Below, one piece after another: positions 20,018 through 30,880 of a stretch of DNA of 64,000 nucleotides. The notes beneath the pieces are model-generated. The model was not told the DNA's origin, did no database searches, and saw only the letters and a program-made list of their open reading frames with translations. Positions within the stretch are counted from its first letter, which is position 1, and each line of letters starts with the position of its first letter. Made by a program: the position numbers and the translations under genes. This stretch comes from an uncultured Acetobacteraceae bacterium (lineage in GTDB: Bacteria; Pseudomonadota; Alphaproteobacteria; CACIAM-22H2), in the NCBI GenBank assembly GCA_964434345.1, contig CAYSUY010000002.1, positions 4,708-68,707 on the forward strand, read 5' to 3'.

Positions 20018-20988
20018 GCGCGGCGCCGCCCCTCCTCGAGGTACGCGACCTCACCGTCACCTTCCCGGCGCGACGCGGCCGCCCCCCGGTGCGCGCCGTC
20101 GACGGCGTGTCGTTCGATATCGGCCGGGGACAGACCCTCGGACTCGTAGGCGAATCGGGATCGGGAAAGACGACCACCGGCCGCGCGATCCTGCAACTCC
20201 AGCCCGTCAGCACGGGAACGGTCCGGTTGCTCGGCCACGATCTTACCAGCCTCCCGGCAACGGACCTCCGGGCGATGCGCCGGCATATGCAGTTCGTCCT
20301 GCAGAACCCCTATTCGAGCCTCCATCCGCGGATGACGGTTGCCCAGATACTCGCGGAACCGCTGCGCATACATGCCACGGTCCCGCGCGGCAGGGTCGAC
20401 GAGCGCGTCGCCGAGTTGATGACGCTGGTCGGCCTCGATCCGGCGATGGTCCGGCGCTATCCGCATGAATTCTCCGGAGGGCAGCGCCAGCGCATCGTCA
20501 TCGCCCGGGCACTCGCCGTGAACCCGGATTTCGTGGTCTGCGACGAACCTGTCTCGGCACTCGACGTACGCACGCAAGCCCAGATCGTCGACCTCCTCCA
20601 GTCTCTGCAGGCGAAGCTGCAGCTTTCGCTGCTCTTCATCGCCCATGACCTCGCGGTCGTGCGCGCCGTCGCGCACCGCGTCGCCGTCATGTATGGCGGC
20701 AGGATCGTCGAACTCGGCGATGCAGCGCAGGTCTACGATGCGCCCGCGCATCCCTACACGCGCAACCTCCTCGACGCCGTCCCGATTCCCGATCCCGCGC
20801 GCCAGCGCGCGCGCCTTGCAGAGGCGACGATGGATCCGGATTTTCGCGGTCGCGACGCCGAAACGGGACCATGTGTGTTCGGGATCGATCACGTCGCGAC
20901 CGGCACTGCCCCCTTGCACGAGATCGCGCCAGGCCATTTCGTGTCCTGCCGGTTCTGGCCGCGTGGCGTCACGCCGGCCCTTGGATGA
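20014..20988 (+). CDS. ABC transporter ATP-binding protein (OppF-like)
   Basis: GESGSGKTT, FSGGQRQR and VVCDEPVSALD. ATGA overlap with the upstream gene. Confidence 0.9.
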   Translation: MSAAPPLLEVRDLTVTFPARRGRPPVRAVDGVSFDIGRGQTLGLVGESGSGKTTTGRAILQLQPVSTGTVRLLGHDLTSLPATDLRAMRRHMQFVLQNPYSSLHPRMTVAQILAEPLRIHATVPRGRVDERVAELMTLVGLDPAMVRRYPHEFSGGQRQRIVIARALAVNPDFVVCDEPVSALDVRTQAQIVDLLQSLQAKLQLSLLFIAHDLAVVRAVAHRVAVMYGGRIVELGDAAQVYDAPAHPYTRNLLDAVPIPDPARQRARLAEATMDPDFRGRDAETGPCVFGIDHVATGTAPLHEIAPGHFVSCRFWPRGVTPALG

Positions 20989-21010
20989 CCGGCGACAACA
21001 GGAGAAGACG

Positions 21011-21418
21011 GTGACGACGCTGCGCAAGACGATCGTGCCGGCACGCATGGCACGGATCTACGAGGACTATGGATACGCGCCCGCGCTCCAGGTCGGCCGG
21101 ACGCTCTACTGCGCCGGCCAGGTCGGACGCACCGACGATCTGCGCGTCATCGAGGACCCGGAAAGGCAGTTCGAAGCCTGCTGGGAGAATCTGCGCACCG
21201 TGCTGGCCGAGGCCGGATGCGGGTTCGCGGACGTGGTCGACCTCACCACCTACCATGTCGAGATGCAGACGCATTTCGATGCCTTCAAGCGGGTCAAAAA
21301 CCGCGTGTTCCCGCGTCAGACCTGTCCGTGGACCGCGATCGGCGTCCAGTCGCTCTCGCGGCCGGGATTGCTGCTGGAGATCAAATGCACCGCCCTGGTG
21401 CCGGAGGACGTGTCGTGA
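21011..21418 (+). CDS. RidA/YjgF/TdcF family reactive-enamine/imine deaminase-like protein
   Basis: 135 aa from GTG, with GGAGAAG 6 nt upstream. ...LYCAGQVGR... and ...AIGVQSL.. resemble the chorismate-mutase-like RidA fold. Confidence 0.75.
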   Translation: MTTLRKTIVPARMARIYEDYGYAPALQVGRTLYCAGQVGRTDDLRVIEDPERQFEACWENLRTVLAEAGCGFADVVDLTTYHVEMQTHFDAFKRVKNRVFPRQTCPWTAIGVQSLSRPGLLLEIKCTALVPEDVS

Positions 21419-22215
21419 GCTATCTCGCCGTCGAGGATCGCGGCGCCATCGCGATCGTGAAACTCGATCGCCCCCAGAGTCGCAACGCCATCTCGAGCTT
21501 CGAGGATTGCGCCGAACTCGTCGATTGCCTCGTCAGGCTCGATGCCGACCGCGCGAAGCGCGCGATCATCCTGACCGGTGCCGATCCGGCCTTCTGCGCC
21601 GGAGGCGACCTCAAGCAGATGCGCGCGGGGACCGGCCTTGGCGGCGGGCGCACCGCGCTCGAGGTGCAGGACAACTACAGGCGCGGCGTGCAGCGCATCC
21701 CGCTCGCGTTCCAGGCCATCGATATCCCGATCGTCGCCGCGGTGAACGGACCCGCCGTGGGCGTGGGATGCGACCTCGCCGCGATGTGCGATCTCCGCAT
21801 CGCCTCCGAGCGCGCGACCTTCGCGGAAAGCTTCGTCAAGGTCGGGCTCGTTCCGGGGGACGGAGGCGCCTGGTTCCTCGCGCGCGCCATCGGTGTCGCC
21901 GCCGCCGCGCGCATGGCGCTGACCGGCGAGACGATCTCGGCCGAACGCGCGCGCTCCATAGGGCTTGTATCGGATGTCGTGCCTCACGCAGACCTGATGC
22001 AAGCCGCCATCGCGCTGGCGGAGGCGATCGCCGCGAACCCGCCGGCCGCGACGCGCCGCACCAAGCGCCTTTTGCGCGAGGCGCTCGCGCTGCCCCTGCC
22101 CGCGTTCCTCGACCTGACGAGCGGCATGCAGGCGGCCCTGCACCACAGCGACGACCACAAGGAAGCCGTAACCGCGATCCTCGAGAAGCGACCGCCCAGC
22201 TTCACGGGGTCGTGA
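21415..22215 (+). CDS. enoyl-CoA hydratase/isomerase family protein
   Basis: ILTGADPAFCAGGDL, IVAAVNGPAVGVGCDLA and ...GLVPGDGGAWFLARAIG.... GTG start overlaps the RidA stop (GTGA). Confidence 0.88.
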   Translation: MSYLAVEDRGAIAIVKLDRPQSRNAISSFEDCAELVDCLVRLDADRAKRAIILTGADPAFCAGGDLKQMRAGTGLGGGRTALEVQDNYRRGVQRIPLAFQAIDIPIVAAVNGPAVGVGCDLAAMCDLRIASERATFAESFVKVGLVPGDGGAWFLARAIGVAAAARMALTGETISAERARSIGLVSDVVPHADLMQAAIALAEAIAANPPAATRRTKRLLREALALPLPAFLDLTSGMQAALHHSDDHKEAVTAILEKRPPSFTGS

Positions 22216-22230
22216 TCGGCCGTGCGGGTT

Positions 22231-23412
22231 TCAGGCCCCGGCGAAGGCAAGCGACAGCAATTCGCAGACTTCCGCCTCGCTGCGGATCCGGCGCGGATTG
22301 TTGAGCACGTAATGGCTCTGCATCGACGCGGACGCGATCTGGGGCATGTGCGCGCGCGTCACCCCGATCTCCTCCATGCTCGTCGGCAGGCCGAGGCCGG
22401 CGACGAAATCGCGCACCACCGTCCACGCCGGCACGCCAGGCCGCCCCATCAGCGAGCTGACGATGTCCTGGGCCTCTGGACAATGCGCCGCATTGAACCG
22501 CAGGGTCGCCGGAAGCATCACGCAAGATGTCTCGCCATGCGGAACGCCCAGGGCGCCCCCAAGCATGTGCCCGACGCCGTGGCTCGCCCCCATCGGTACG
22601 AAGGCCATGTTGTGGTCGGCGGACAGCCACGCGGCCATCATGCAGCGATGGCGTGCCTCGAGATCGTCCGGAGCCACGCGCGTACGCGGCAGGTTCGAGA
22701 CCAGCAGACGGACCGCATGCATGGCCGGTCCCATCGAGTAGTCGTCCACCTTCGGCGAACAGATGGTCTCGACGGCGTGATCGAGGGCCCGGATCCCGGT
22801 CGATAGCCAAAGCCGCTCTGGCGTATGGCGCGTGACATCGGCGTCGAGGATCACGACCTGTGCCGCGAGACCGGGATGGGTGTAGATGTCCTTCACCCCC
22901 CGCCGTGTATCGGTGCACCCGAGAATCGGGTTGAACTCGCCCGCGGAGAGCGTGGTCGCCACGGCGATCTGCGGCATGCGCGGCGCCGCGTAGTCGGGCA
23001 GATGACGCGTACCATCGGGGCGCGCGATCGTCCGATAGGCATCGAGCTGGTCGGGCGACGTGATGTCGTGCTCGATGCACAGGCGCAGGAGCTGTCCCGC
23101 GTCCATGACAGTACCACCGCCGACCGTCAGGACCAGATCGGCGCGCGCCTCGCGCGCACGCGACGCCGCCTCGACGACGCCATCCCGCGGCGTGTGCGCC
23201 GGCATGGAATCGAACATGCCCGCGTATCGTTCGCCAAGCCGGGCCCGGAGGTCGCGCACGACGCCGGTTGTCCGGTCGAGGGTCCTGCTGACGATCATGA
23301 AGACGCGACGCGCGCCCAGGCGCTCGACCTCGTCGGGCACGCGGGCGATCGATCCCGGTCCGAAATGGACCCGCTCGATTCGATGGTAGGTCCGATATCC
23401 GTCGAGCCGCAT
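22231..23412 (-). CDS. iron-containing (group III) alcohol dehydrogenase family protein, maleylacetate-reductase-like
   Basis: [42 protein letters not shown]... and ...GASHGVGHMLGGALGVPHGETSC... metal-binding His motifs. Its start overlaps the upstream thiolase stop. Confidence 0.85.
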   Translation of the reverse strand: MRLDGYRTYHRIERVHFGPGSIARVPDEVERLGARRVFMIVSRTLDRTTGVVRDLRARLGERYAGMFDSMPAHTPRDGVVEAASRAREARADLVLTVGGGTVMDAGQLLRLCIEHDITSPDQLDAYRTIARPDGTRHLPDYAAPRMPQIAVATTLSAGEFNPILGCTDTRRGVKDIYTHPGLAAQVVILDADVTRHTPERLWLSTGIRALDHAVETICSPKVDDYSMGPAMHAVRLLVSNLPRTRVAPDDLEARHRCMMAAWLSADHNMAFVPMGASHGVGHMLGGALGVPHGETSCVMLPATLRFNAAHCPEAQDIVSSLMGRPGVPAWTVVRDFVAGLGLPTSMEEIGVTRAHMPQIASASMQSHYVLNNPRRIRSEAEVCELLSLAFAGA

Positions 23413-24593
23413 CACACGACCTCGAAAAGTCCGGCGGCGCCCATCCCGCCGCCGACGCACATGGTGACGACGACCCGGCGCGCGCCGCGCCGGGCCCCCT
23501 CGATCAGCGCATGCATCGCAAGCCGCGCCCCGCTGACGCCGAAGGGATGCCCCATCGCGATCGATCCGCCATTCACGTTCAACCGCTCCATCGGGATCCC
23601 GAGACGGTCACGACAATGAACGACCTGAACCGCGAACGCCTCGTTGAGTTCCCAGAGATCGATGTCCTCGATCCGGAGGCCATGGCGCGCAAGCAATTTC
23701 GGCACGGCGAAGACCGGACCGATCCCCATCTCGTCCGGTTCGCATCCGGCCACCGCGAAGCCCCGGAAGAGACCCAGCGGCCGCAAGCCGCGGCGCGCGG
23801 CAAGATCGGCGTCCATCAAGACGACCGCGGCAGCACCATCGGAGAGCTGGCTCGCATTCCCGGCCGTGATCGTCCCGTCCACTCCGCGCACCGGTGCCAG
23901 GCGCGACAGACCTTCGGCGGTCGTGTCGGCCCGGTTGCACTCGTCGCGCCCGAAGCGCGTCGCAACGACCGTCTCGGCACCGCTCGCGCGATCCTTGACC
24001 CGCATGCCGACATCGATCGGCGCGATCTCGGCGTCGAAGCGGCCATCGGCCTGCGCCGCCGCCATCCGCCGCTGGCTCTCCAGCGCATAGGCGTCCTGTG
24101 TCGCGCGGTCTATCGCGTAACGCCGCGCGACGATTTCCGCCGTATCGATCATCGGCATCCACAGCGCCGGATGATGGGCCCGCAGCCATGCCTCGTCGTC
24201 ATGCGCGCCGTTGAGATGCTCCGCGACGAGGCTGACGGATTCGACCCCGCCCGCGACCATCGCCGATACGCCGTCGCACATGACGCGATGCGCGGCCATC
24301 GCGATCGCCTGCAATCCGGAACTGCAGAAGCGGTTGATCGTCGCGCCACCGACCGACAACGGCAGGCCGGCCCGCACCGCGCTCATGCGGGCGATGTTGT
24401 TTCCGGTCGCGCCTTCGGGCCATGCGCAGCCGAGCAGGACGTCGTCGATCTCGGCAGGATCGACGCCGGATCGCGCGATCGCCGCCGCGATCGCATGACC
24501 GGCCATGGTCGCGCCATGGGTCGCGTTCAGGCTGCCGCGCCCCGCCTTGCCGATCGGCGTGCGCGCCACGCCGACGATTGCCGCGTCCTTCAT
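23412..24593 (-). CDS. acetyl-CoA C-acyltransferase (thiolase)
   Basis: [27 protein letters not shown] (active-site Cys region) and the C-terminal [11 protein letters not shown]...CVGGGMGAA. Confidence 0.92.
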   Translation of the reverse strand: MKDAAIVGVARTPIGKAGRGSLNATHGATMAGHAIAAAIARSGVDPAEIDDVLLGCAWPEGATGNNIARMSAVRAGLPLSVGGATINRFCSSGLQAIAMAAHRVMCDGVSAMVAGGVESVSLVAEHLNGAHDDEAWLRAHHPALWMPMIDTAEIVARRYAIDRATQDAYALESQRRMAAAQADGRFDAEIAPIDVGMRVKDRASGAETVVATRFGRDECNRADTTAEGLSRLAPVRGVDGTITAGNASQLSDGAAAVVLMDADLAARRGLRPLGLFRGFAVAGCEPDEMGIGPVFAVPKLLARHGLRIEDIDLWELNEAFAVQVVHCRDRLGIPMERLNVNGGSIAMGHPFGVSGARLAMHALIEGARRGARRVVVTMCVGGGMGAAGLFEVV

Positions 24594-26731
24594 GCCCCGA
24601 TCCACCCCTTGCGCTCCAATTCGGCGAAGCCGACCCCGTCCCTGGCCATGCGCGCCAGCAAGGGCGCCGGTGTCAGCCACTCTTCGCCACGCGCGGCCCA
24701 CGCGCTCAGCACCTCATGGACATGGGCGATCCCGACACCGTCGGCCCAGTGCAGCGGACCTCCGCGCCAGCGGGGGAAGCCAAAGCCATGGACATAGATC
24801 ACATCGATGTCGCCGGGTCTCGCGGCGAGACCAGCCTCGAGGATACGCGCCGCCTCGTTCACGAGCGCGAAGAGGCAGCGATCGAGAATTTCCTGCTCTC
24901 CGATCGCGCGCGGCGTTCGCCCTGTGCGGATCCGCTCGGCTTCGACCATGGCGTCGGCCTCCGGCGACGGCAGCGGCTTGCGCGCCCCGGCCTCGTAGCG
25001 GAACCAGCCCTGTCCGGTCTTCTGACCGAACCAGCCGCGCTCGCACAGCAGATCGGCGAGCCTGCTCTGTCGACGATCGCTCCGGCGCATCGCCGGGACC
25101 TCCTTGCGCAGCCACCAGGCGACGTCCAGCCCCGCCATGTCGGCCATGGCGAAGGGTCCCATCGGCATTCCGAACGCGACCAGCGCACGATCGACATCGG
25201 CCGGAGAGGCTCCCTCCTCGACCAGGAACTCGCCCTGGCGCTGATACTCGAAGATCATCCGATTGGCGACGAAACCGAAGGCGTTGCCGACGATCACGCC
25301 GGTCTTGCCGATACGCCGGGCGAATTCTGCTGCGGCGCGCAATGTCGATCCGTCGGTCGACGGCGCACGCACGATCTCCAGCAGGCGCATGACGTTGGCC
25401 GGGCTGAAGAAGTGAAGTCCGAGGACGCGCTCGGGCCGCCGCGTTGCACGCGCGATGGCGTCGACATCGAGTGTCGATGTGTTCGTCGCAAGGATCGCGC
25501 CCGGAGCGGCGACGGCATCAAGCGCCGCGAAGATCTCGCGCTTCACCGAGAGGCTCTCGAAGGCGGCTTCGATGACGAGATCAGCCTGCGCCAGCCCTGC
25601 GAGCGAATCGACGAAGACAACGCGCGAACGCGCCTCGTCGGCAGCCAGCGCAGAGAGCCGGCCGCGCTCCACCTGTGTCCGGAAATGCGCATCGATGGCC
25701 GCGCGCGCCGTGTCGCGCCGGCCGGCATCGCTCTCGAAGACAGTCACGGGAATGCCCGCGCCCGCGACCGCCAGGGCGATGCCCCGCCCCATCGTCCCGG
25801 CGCCGACCACGCCGACCGATCGAATGGCCCCGGCGCCCGCCTTCGCGGCCCCGGACGGCAACCGGGTCGCGCTGCGTTCCGCGAAGAACATGTGCATCAG
25901 CGCGCGCCCCTCGTCGGCGACGCGACAGGCGTCGAAGGCGGCACGCTCCTGGACCAGCGCGGCATCGAGCGGACCGTCCAGCCCGCGCTCGACCGCATCG
26001 ATCGCCGCGCGGCGCGCGCCCGACCAGGGCCAGCGCTCGCGCCCGGCTTGCCGGGCCTGCGCCAGGGCTTCTCCCGCGCGCGCACGCTGTGCGGGGAGCA
26101 GCGCGCGCGTGCCGAGGCGGCGCTCCGCGAGAGGCGCGCCAGCGATGGCCGCCGCGAGCCGCGCGCATGACGCGTCCGGACCGTCCGAAGCGACGTCGTC
26201 GACGAGCCCGATCTCCAGCGCTCGCGCGGCCGCGACAGGGGTACCCTCGAGGATCATGGCCAGCGCCGCGTCGAGACCGACCGCGCGCGGCAGTCGTCGC
26301 GTGCCGCCGGCGCCCGGGATCAATCCGAGCGTGACCTCCGGCAAACCCAACCGCGCGTCGGGCACCGCGATCCGGGCATGACAGGCCAGAGCCAGTTCGA
26401 GACCGCCGCCAAGAGCCGTGCCGTTCACGAACGCGACCACGGGCTTGTCCGCCGCCTCGATCAGCGTCAGCACATCGTTCATGTCGGGAGGCTGCAGCGG
26501 CGCGTCGAATTCGGAGATGTCGCCGCCGGCGACGAAGTTGCGCCCATCGCCGGTGATCACGACCAGCGTCGCGGCGGGATCCGAGATCGCGGCGCGCAGG
26601 CAATCCGCCAAGCCCGCCCGCACCGCCCGCGACAGCGCGTTGACCGGCGGATTGGCGATCGTCACCCACGCCGTCGATCCGCGCGTCTCCAGGCGCACGA
26701 CGCACGCATCTTGGGACGACGGATCGACCAT
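24590..26731 (-). CDS. bifunctional enoyl-CoA hydratase / 3-hydroxyacyl-CoA dehydrogenase (FadB/FadJ-like)
   Basis: 713 aa with an N-terminal crotonase domain ([30 protein letters not shown]) and a C-terminal NAD-binding 3HCDH domain ([14 protein letters not shown]). Confidence 0.92.
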   Translation of the reverse strand: MVDPSSQDACVVRLETRGSTAWVTIANPPVNALSRAVRAGLADCLRAAISDPAATLVVITGDGRNFVAGGDISEFDAPLQPPDMNDVLTLIEAADKPVVAFVNGTALGGGLELALACHARIAVPDARLGLPEVTLGLIPGAGGTRRLPRAVGLDAALAMILEGTPVAAARALEIGLVDDVASDGPDASCARLAAAIAGAPLAERRLGTRALLPAQRARAGEALAQARQAGRERWPWSGARRAAIDAVERGLDGPLDAALVQERAAFDACRVADEGRALMHMFFAERSATRLPSGAAKAGAGAIRSVGVVGAGTMGRGIALAVAGAGIPVTVFESDAGRRDTARAAIDAHFRTQVERGRLSALAADEARSRVVFVDSLAGLAQADLVIEAAFESLSVKREIFAALDAVAAPGAILATNTSTLDVDAIARATRRPERVLGLHFFSPANVMRLLEIVRAPSTDGSTLRAAAEFARRIGKTGVIVGNAFGFVANRMIFEYQRQGEFLVEEGASPADVDRALVAFGMPMGPFAMADMAGLDVAWWLRKEVPAMRRSDRRQSRLADLLCERGWFGQKTGQGWFRYEAGARKPLPSPEADAMVEAERIRTGRTPRAIGEQEILDRCLFALVNEAARILEAGLAARPGDIDVIYVHGFGFPRWRGGPLHWADGVGIAHVHEVLSAWAARGEEWLTPAPLLARMARDGVGFAELERKGWIGA

Positions 26732-26741
26732 GGCGAACCTC

Positions 26742-27914
26742 CTAGTAGCCGCGCGGCATACCCAGGTCGTGGACGGCGATGAAATTGAGGATCATTTCCT
26801 CCGACACTGGCGCGAAGAGGAAGAGCCGCGCATCGCGCCAGAGCCGTTCGATATGGAACTCCTTCGCATAGCCCATGCCGCCATGGGTCTGCATCGCACG
26901 CTCGATCGCCTCGTTCGCGGCCCGTGCGGCGACGACCTTGGCCATGTTCGCCTCGCTGCCGTAGGCAAGACCCTGGTCGCATTTCCATGCAGCCTTGAGG
27001 TTCAGCGTCGACGCGGCCTCGATCTCGGCCGATGCCCGCGCAAGCGGAAACTGAAGCCCCTGGTAGGCGGCGATCGGCCTGTCGTTGAACACCTTGCGTG
27101 TCGCACCATACTCGGCGGCAAGGCGCAGGGCGAGGCGCGCGGCCCCGACGAGCCCCGCGGTCGTCACGATCCGCTCGGTGTTCAGCACATGCAACAACTC
27201 GTTCCACCCGCCATGGAGCGTGCCCACCAGTTCGTGCGGCTCGATCCGGACCCCGTCGAAGAAAACCGTGCTGGACGACAGCGTGTTGGTGCCCACCTTC
27301 TCGATCGGCGTATGGGTCAGGCCCGCGCGATCGACATCGATGAAGAACATGCTGATCCCGTCGGTCCGGCGCGACGACTCGGCGACCGTCTTGGTACGCG
27401 CGACGACCAGCATCTTCTCCGCGTCGGGAACGGCGGTGATCCAGATCTTGCGCCCGTCGAGACGCCACCCATCGCCGTCACGCGACGCGAAGCTGCGCAT
27501 TTCCAGCGTGTTGCTGCCCGCGTCGGGCTCCGTCAGGGCCATGCAGCAATTCATGTCGCCGGACACGATCCTGGGCAGGTAGCGCTCGCGCATCGCGTCG
27601 GTCGCGAAGCGCGACAAGGCCACGCCGCCGAAGATCGGATTGATCATGAAGACCTGCGCGAGGGTGGCGCCTGCCCCGCCCTCGGTCAGCGCCTCGATCA
27701 CCAGGGCAAGATCGAGCATTCCAAGCCCGGCGCCACCATGATGCTCAGGCAGCGCGACGCCACACAGTCCGGCACGGCAGATCGCCTTCCAGGCCTCCGC
27801 AGGAAAACGCCGGTCGCGGTCGATATCGCGCCAGTACGCGAGTCCGTATTCGCGCCCGATCTGTCGCGCGGTGTCGAGCATCAGGCGCTGGTGCTCGGCG
27901 AGTGCGAAGTCCAT
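26742..27914 (-). CDS. acyl-CoA dehydrogenase
   Basis: 390 aa from MDFALAEHQRLM... with N, middle and C ACAD domains (…CMALTEPDAGSN…, …GGMGYAKEFHIERLWRDAR…). Confidence 0.9.
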   Translation of the reverse strand: MDFALAEHQRLMLDTARQIGREYGLAYWRDIDRDRRFPAEAWKAICRAGLCGVALPEHHGGAGLGMLDLALVIEALTEGGAGATLAQVFMINPIFGGVALSRFATDAMRERYLPRIVSGDMNCCMALTEPDAGSNTLEMRSFASRDGDGWRLDGRKIWITAVPDAEKMLVVARTKTVAESSRRTDGISMFFIDVDRAGLTHTPIEKVGTNTLSSSTVFFDGVRIEPHELVGTLHGGWNELLHVLNTERIVTTAGLVGAARLALRLAAEYGATRKVFNDRPIAAYQGLQFPLARASAEIEAASTLNLKAAWKCDQGLAYGSEANMAKVVAARAANEAIERAMQTHGGMGYAKEFHIERLWRDARLFLFAPVSEEMILNFIAVHDLGMPRGY

Positions 27915-27919
27915 TGCGT

Positions 27920-29116
27920 TCAGCCTTCCATGCGCGGTGTCGACAGCAGATCGTGAGGCCGTGACAGGGCCGTACGGATCCGGTTGAGAAGAGCGAGACC
28001 GGACACGCCATCGAATATCCGGTGATCGCAGGACAGGACCAGCCCCATTTCGTGTGCCAAAACGGGACGCCCCTGCGGATCGGGCCGGAACACGGAGCGG
28101 ACGGATCCGACGCCCAGTATCGCCGACTGTCCGGGCGGGATGATCGACGTCATCCACGTGACGTCGTGCATGCCGGCATTCGACAGCGTCATCATCGGCT
28201 CGCCGTCGAGATCGTCGGGTCGAAGGGCGCCGGCGCGGGCGCGTTCCGTCAGCGCGGCAAGCCGCGACGCGATGCTGTGCAGATCGGCGGCATCCAACCC
28301 CTTGAGGGCGGGCGCAACCAGCCCGGCCGGCGTATCGATCGCAACCCCCAGATCGATCCGCTCGAGCCGGGCTGGCCCCCCCGACCTCCAGACACGCATC
28401 GTCGCCCTGTCCGCCGCCAGGGCACGCACGATCGCGGCGACAAGAAAACCGGAGAGCGAGACGCCGCGCCCCTCCTGCTTGAGCGTCCCACGCAACGCCT
28501 CGAGCGCCGACACCTCGACCTCGCTGGCGAGGTAGAAATGCGGAATGTCCCGCTTGGCGACGACCATGCGCGACGCCGCCATCCGCTGCGCATCGGCACC
28601 GGGCCGGTCTGCATCGCGGCGCGCACGTTCGTCGCGCGCGATCACCGTCTCGATGTCGACTGCCTTTATCCGGCCTCCGGGCCCGGAACCGGACAGGCCA
28701 TCGAGGCGGATGCCGGCCTGGCGCGCGAGCCGCCGCGCGAGCGGCGTCGCGACGACGCGCGGCTTGCCACTCTGCGCCGGCATACGGGTCGAAACGGGCA
28801 GCGTCGGCGCATCGGCACGATGCGATGCCAGGCGTGAGTCGGGAGCCGCCGCACCGGACGGGGCCGCACCGTCGTCCGCCTCGAATTCGGCAATGGCTGC
28901 GCCGACATCCACGAGGTCACCCGGCCGCGCGACATGGCGCAGAAGACGACCCGCAGCGGGAGCCTCGACCTCGCTCGCGATCTTGTCGGTCTCGACGACC
29001 ACGATGATCTGGCCGGCCACGAAGCGCTCGCCTTCGGCGATCGTCCATGCGGAGACGACCCCGCTCTCCATCGTGAGGCCGAGCTTCGGCATGCGCAGGA
29101 TCTGCGCCGCCCCCAT
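27920..29116 (-). CDS. 2-oxoacid dehydrogenase complex E2 (dihydrolipoamide acyltransferase) with N-terminal lipoyl domain
   Basis: MPKLGLTMESGVVSAWTIAEGERFVAGQIIVVVETDKIASEVEAP has the lipoyl-lysine ETDK motif. ...ATPLARRLA... resembles a peripheral subunit-binding domain. C-terminal catalytic ...SCDHRIFDG.. (DHR motif). Confidence 0.9.
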   Translation of the reverse strand: MGAAQILRMPKLGLTMESGVVSAWTIAEGERFVAGQIIVVVETDKIASEVEAPAAGRLLRHVARPGDLVDVGAAIAEFEADDGAAPSGAAAPDSRLASHRADAPTLPVSTRMPAQSGKPRVVATPLARRLARQAGIRLDGLSGSGPGGRIKAVDIETVIARDERARRDADRPGADAQRMAASRMVVAKRDIPHFYLASEVEVSALEALRGTLKQEGRGVSLSGFLVAAIVRALAADRATMRVWRSGGPARLERIDLGVAIDTPAGLVAPALKGLDAADLHSIASRLAALTERARAGALRPDDLDGEPMMTLSNAGMHDVTWMTSIIPPGQSAILGVGSVRSVFRPDPQGRPVLAHEMGLVLSCDHRIFDGVSGLALLNRIRTALSRPHDLLSTPRMEG

Positions 29117-29901
29117 CACGCGCCCCGGAATTGCGGGCTGCGCTTCTCGAGGAACGCGCTGCACCCTTCATGGGCGTCGGCGCTGTCGAGCACGAGCCCG
29201 ATCATGGCCTTCTCGTGCGCGAGCGCGGCAGACATCGGCATGTCGGCCCCGTCGCCCAGCGTGCGCTTGAGAAGCTTTAGGACCAGCGGCGAGCGCGACG
29301 CAATCTTCGCGGCAAGCGCGGCCGTCTCGGTCGCGAGCGCCTCGCGCGGCACGATACGGTTGACCAATCCGATCGCCAGGGCCTGCTGCGCGTCGATCTG
29401 TTCGCCGACGAACATCAGCTCCTTCGCCCGGCAGAGCGGAACCTGCCGGATCAGCCGCTGGCTGCCGCCCGCGCCAGGAAAGAGGCCGAGCGTGATCTCG
29501 GGAAGGCCCAGCCGCGCCTGCGATGCGACGATGCGGATATCGCAGCACAGGATCAACTCGGTGCCGCCACCGAGCGCCCATCCGTTCACGGCGGCGATCG
29601 TCGGCTTGTCGCAGGTCTCGACGCGGCGGAAGACACGATGGATCAGCTCCGCGAATTCCTGGTAATGCGCGAGGCCGCTGCGCGAGCCGAGATCACGGAT
29701 GTCGCCGCCGGCGACAAAGGCGCGATCGCCCGCGCCGGTGATCACGATCACCCGCACCGCGGGATCGGCCTCGACCTCGCTCCATGCCGCCTCCAGCGCC
29801 AGCAGGGTCGGGATGTCGAGCGCGTTGAGAACCTGCGGGCGGTTGATCGTGAGCGTCGCGACGGCGTCATCGCGCGCGATCAGGATCGTGGGTTCGCTCA
29901 T
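29116..29901 (-). CDS. enoyl-CoA hydratase, embedded between the E1-beta and E2 genes
   Basis: 261 aa: VIVITGAGDRAFVAGGDI, TIAAVNGWALGGGTELIL and ...ITLGLFPGAGGSQRL.... Its stop overlaps the E2 start (ATGA). Confidence 0.9.
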   Translation of the reverse strand: MSEPTILIARDDAVATLTINRPQVLNALDIPTLLALEAAWSEVEADPAVRVIVITGAGDRAFVAGGDIRDLGSRSGLAHYQEFAELIHRVFRRVETCDKPTIAAVNGWALGGGTELILCCDIRIVASQARLGLPEITLGLFPGAGGSQRLIRQVPLCRAKELMFVGEQIDAQQALAIGLVNRIVPREALATETAALAAKIASRSPLVLKLLKRTLGDGADMPMSAALAHEKAMIGLVLDSADAHEGCSAFLEKRSPQFRGA

Positions 29902-29905
29902 CGCG

Positions 29906-30880
29906 CTACTCCATGAGGCGGCGACATGCCGCGACGATACGGTCCGCCCCCGGCCGATAGGCGGTCTCGAGGGTTTTCGCGAAGGGGACGGGCATGAAGG
30001 GCGCACCGACGCGCAGGATCGGCGCATCGAGATCGTCGAAGGCGAGTTCCACCATCCGGGCCACGATCTCCGCACCCACACCGAAGGCCTCGACCGCCTC
30101 ATGTGCCACGACCAGACGATGTGTCCGGCCGACCGACGCGCGAAGCAGCGCCTCATCCCAGGGCTGTATGCTGCGGAGATCGACGACCTCGCAGGAAATG
30201 CCCTCGGCGGCGAGACGATCGGCTGCCACAAGGGCCTCGCGAAGCAGCGCACCATAGGTCGCGATTGTCGCATCCCGACCGGCACGGGCGATGCGACCCT
30301 GCCCGATCGGCACATGCACCAGCGTCTCGTCGACGTTTTCGGACAGCGCGTAGAGACCCTTGTGCTCGACGACCACGACGGGATCGGGATCATCGATCGC
30401 GCTGCGCAGCAGGCCGTAGGCGTCGGCGGCGGTCGCCGGCACCACCACCTTGAGGCCGGGGACATGCGCGAGCCATGCCTCGAGACATTGCGAGTGCTGT
30501 GGCCCGGCGTTGAGGCCGCCACCATGCGGCATCCTCAGCACGAGCGGAACGCCTCCGCGCCCGCCGAACATGAACCGCGCCTTCGCCGCCTGATTGACGA
30601 TCTGGTCCATCGCCAGCGTCATGAAATCCATGAACATGATCTCGACGACTGGCTTGAGCCCGCACAAGGCGGCTCCCACCGCCGCGCCCACGATCGCGGC
30701 CTCCGAAATCGGGGCATCGAGCACGCGCTGCGGGCCGAAGGCATCGAGAAGTCCGCGGGTCACGCCGAAGGGACCACCGGCCGCGGCGACGTCCTCGCCG
30801 AACAGAACGACGGCAGGGTCGTCGCGCATCGCATCCGCGAGCGCCAGATTGATCGCCTTGCCGAAGCGCAGTTCAGCCAT
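29906..30880 (-). CDS. 2-oxoacid dehydrogenase E1 component beta subunit (transketolase-like)
   Basis: 324 aa from MAELRFGKAINLALADAMRDDPAVVLFGEDV.... ...PISEAAIVGAAVGAAL.. and ...VVPATAADAYGLL.. are typical PdhB/BkdA2 features. Confidence 0.9.
   Translation of the reverse strand: MAELRFGKAINLALADAMRDDPAVVLFGEDVAAAGGPFGVTRGLLDAFGPQRVLDAPISEAAIVGAAVGAALCGLKPVVEIMFMDFMTLAMDQIVNQAAKARFMFGGRGGVPLVLRMPHGGGLNAGPQHSQCLEAWLAHVPGLKVVVPATAADAYGLLRSAIDDPDPVVVVEHKGLYALSENVDETLVHVPIGQGRIARAGRDATIATYGALLREALVAADRLAAEGISCEVVDLRSIQPWDEALLRASVGRTHRLVVAHEAVEAFGVGAEIVARMVELAFDDLDAPILRVGAPFMPVPFAKTLETAYRPGADRIVAACRRLME

Noticed and set aside
22231-23460. Upstream N-terminal extensions of many track ORFs, for example the Fe-ADH, thiolases, ACADs, MFS genes, the CoA-transferase and SulP.
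   Set aside because: The extensions are basic, low-complexity, often overlap the neighbouring gene, and precede recognisable family N-termini. I chose internal ATG or GTG starts by homology-style reasoning and ribosome-binding-site spacing.
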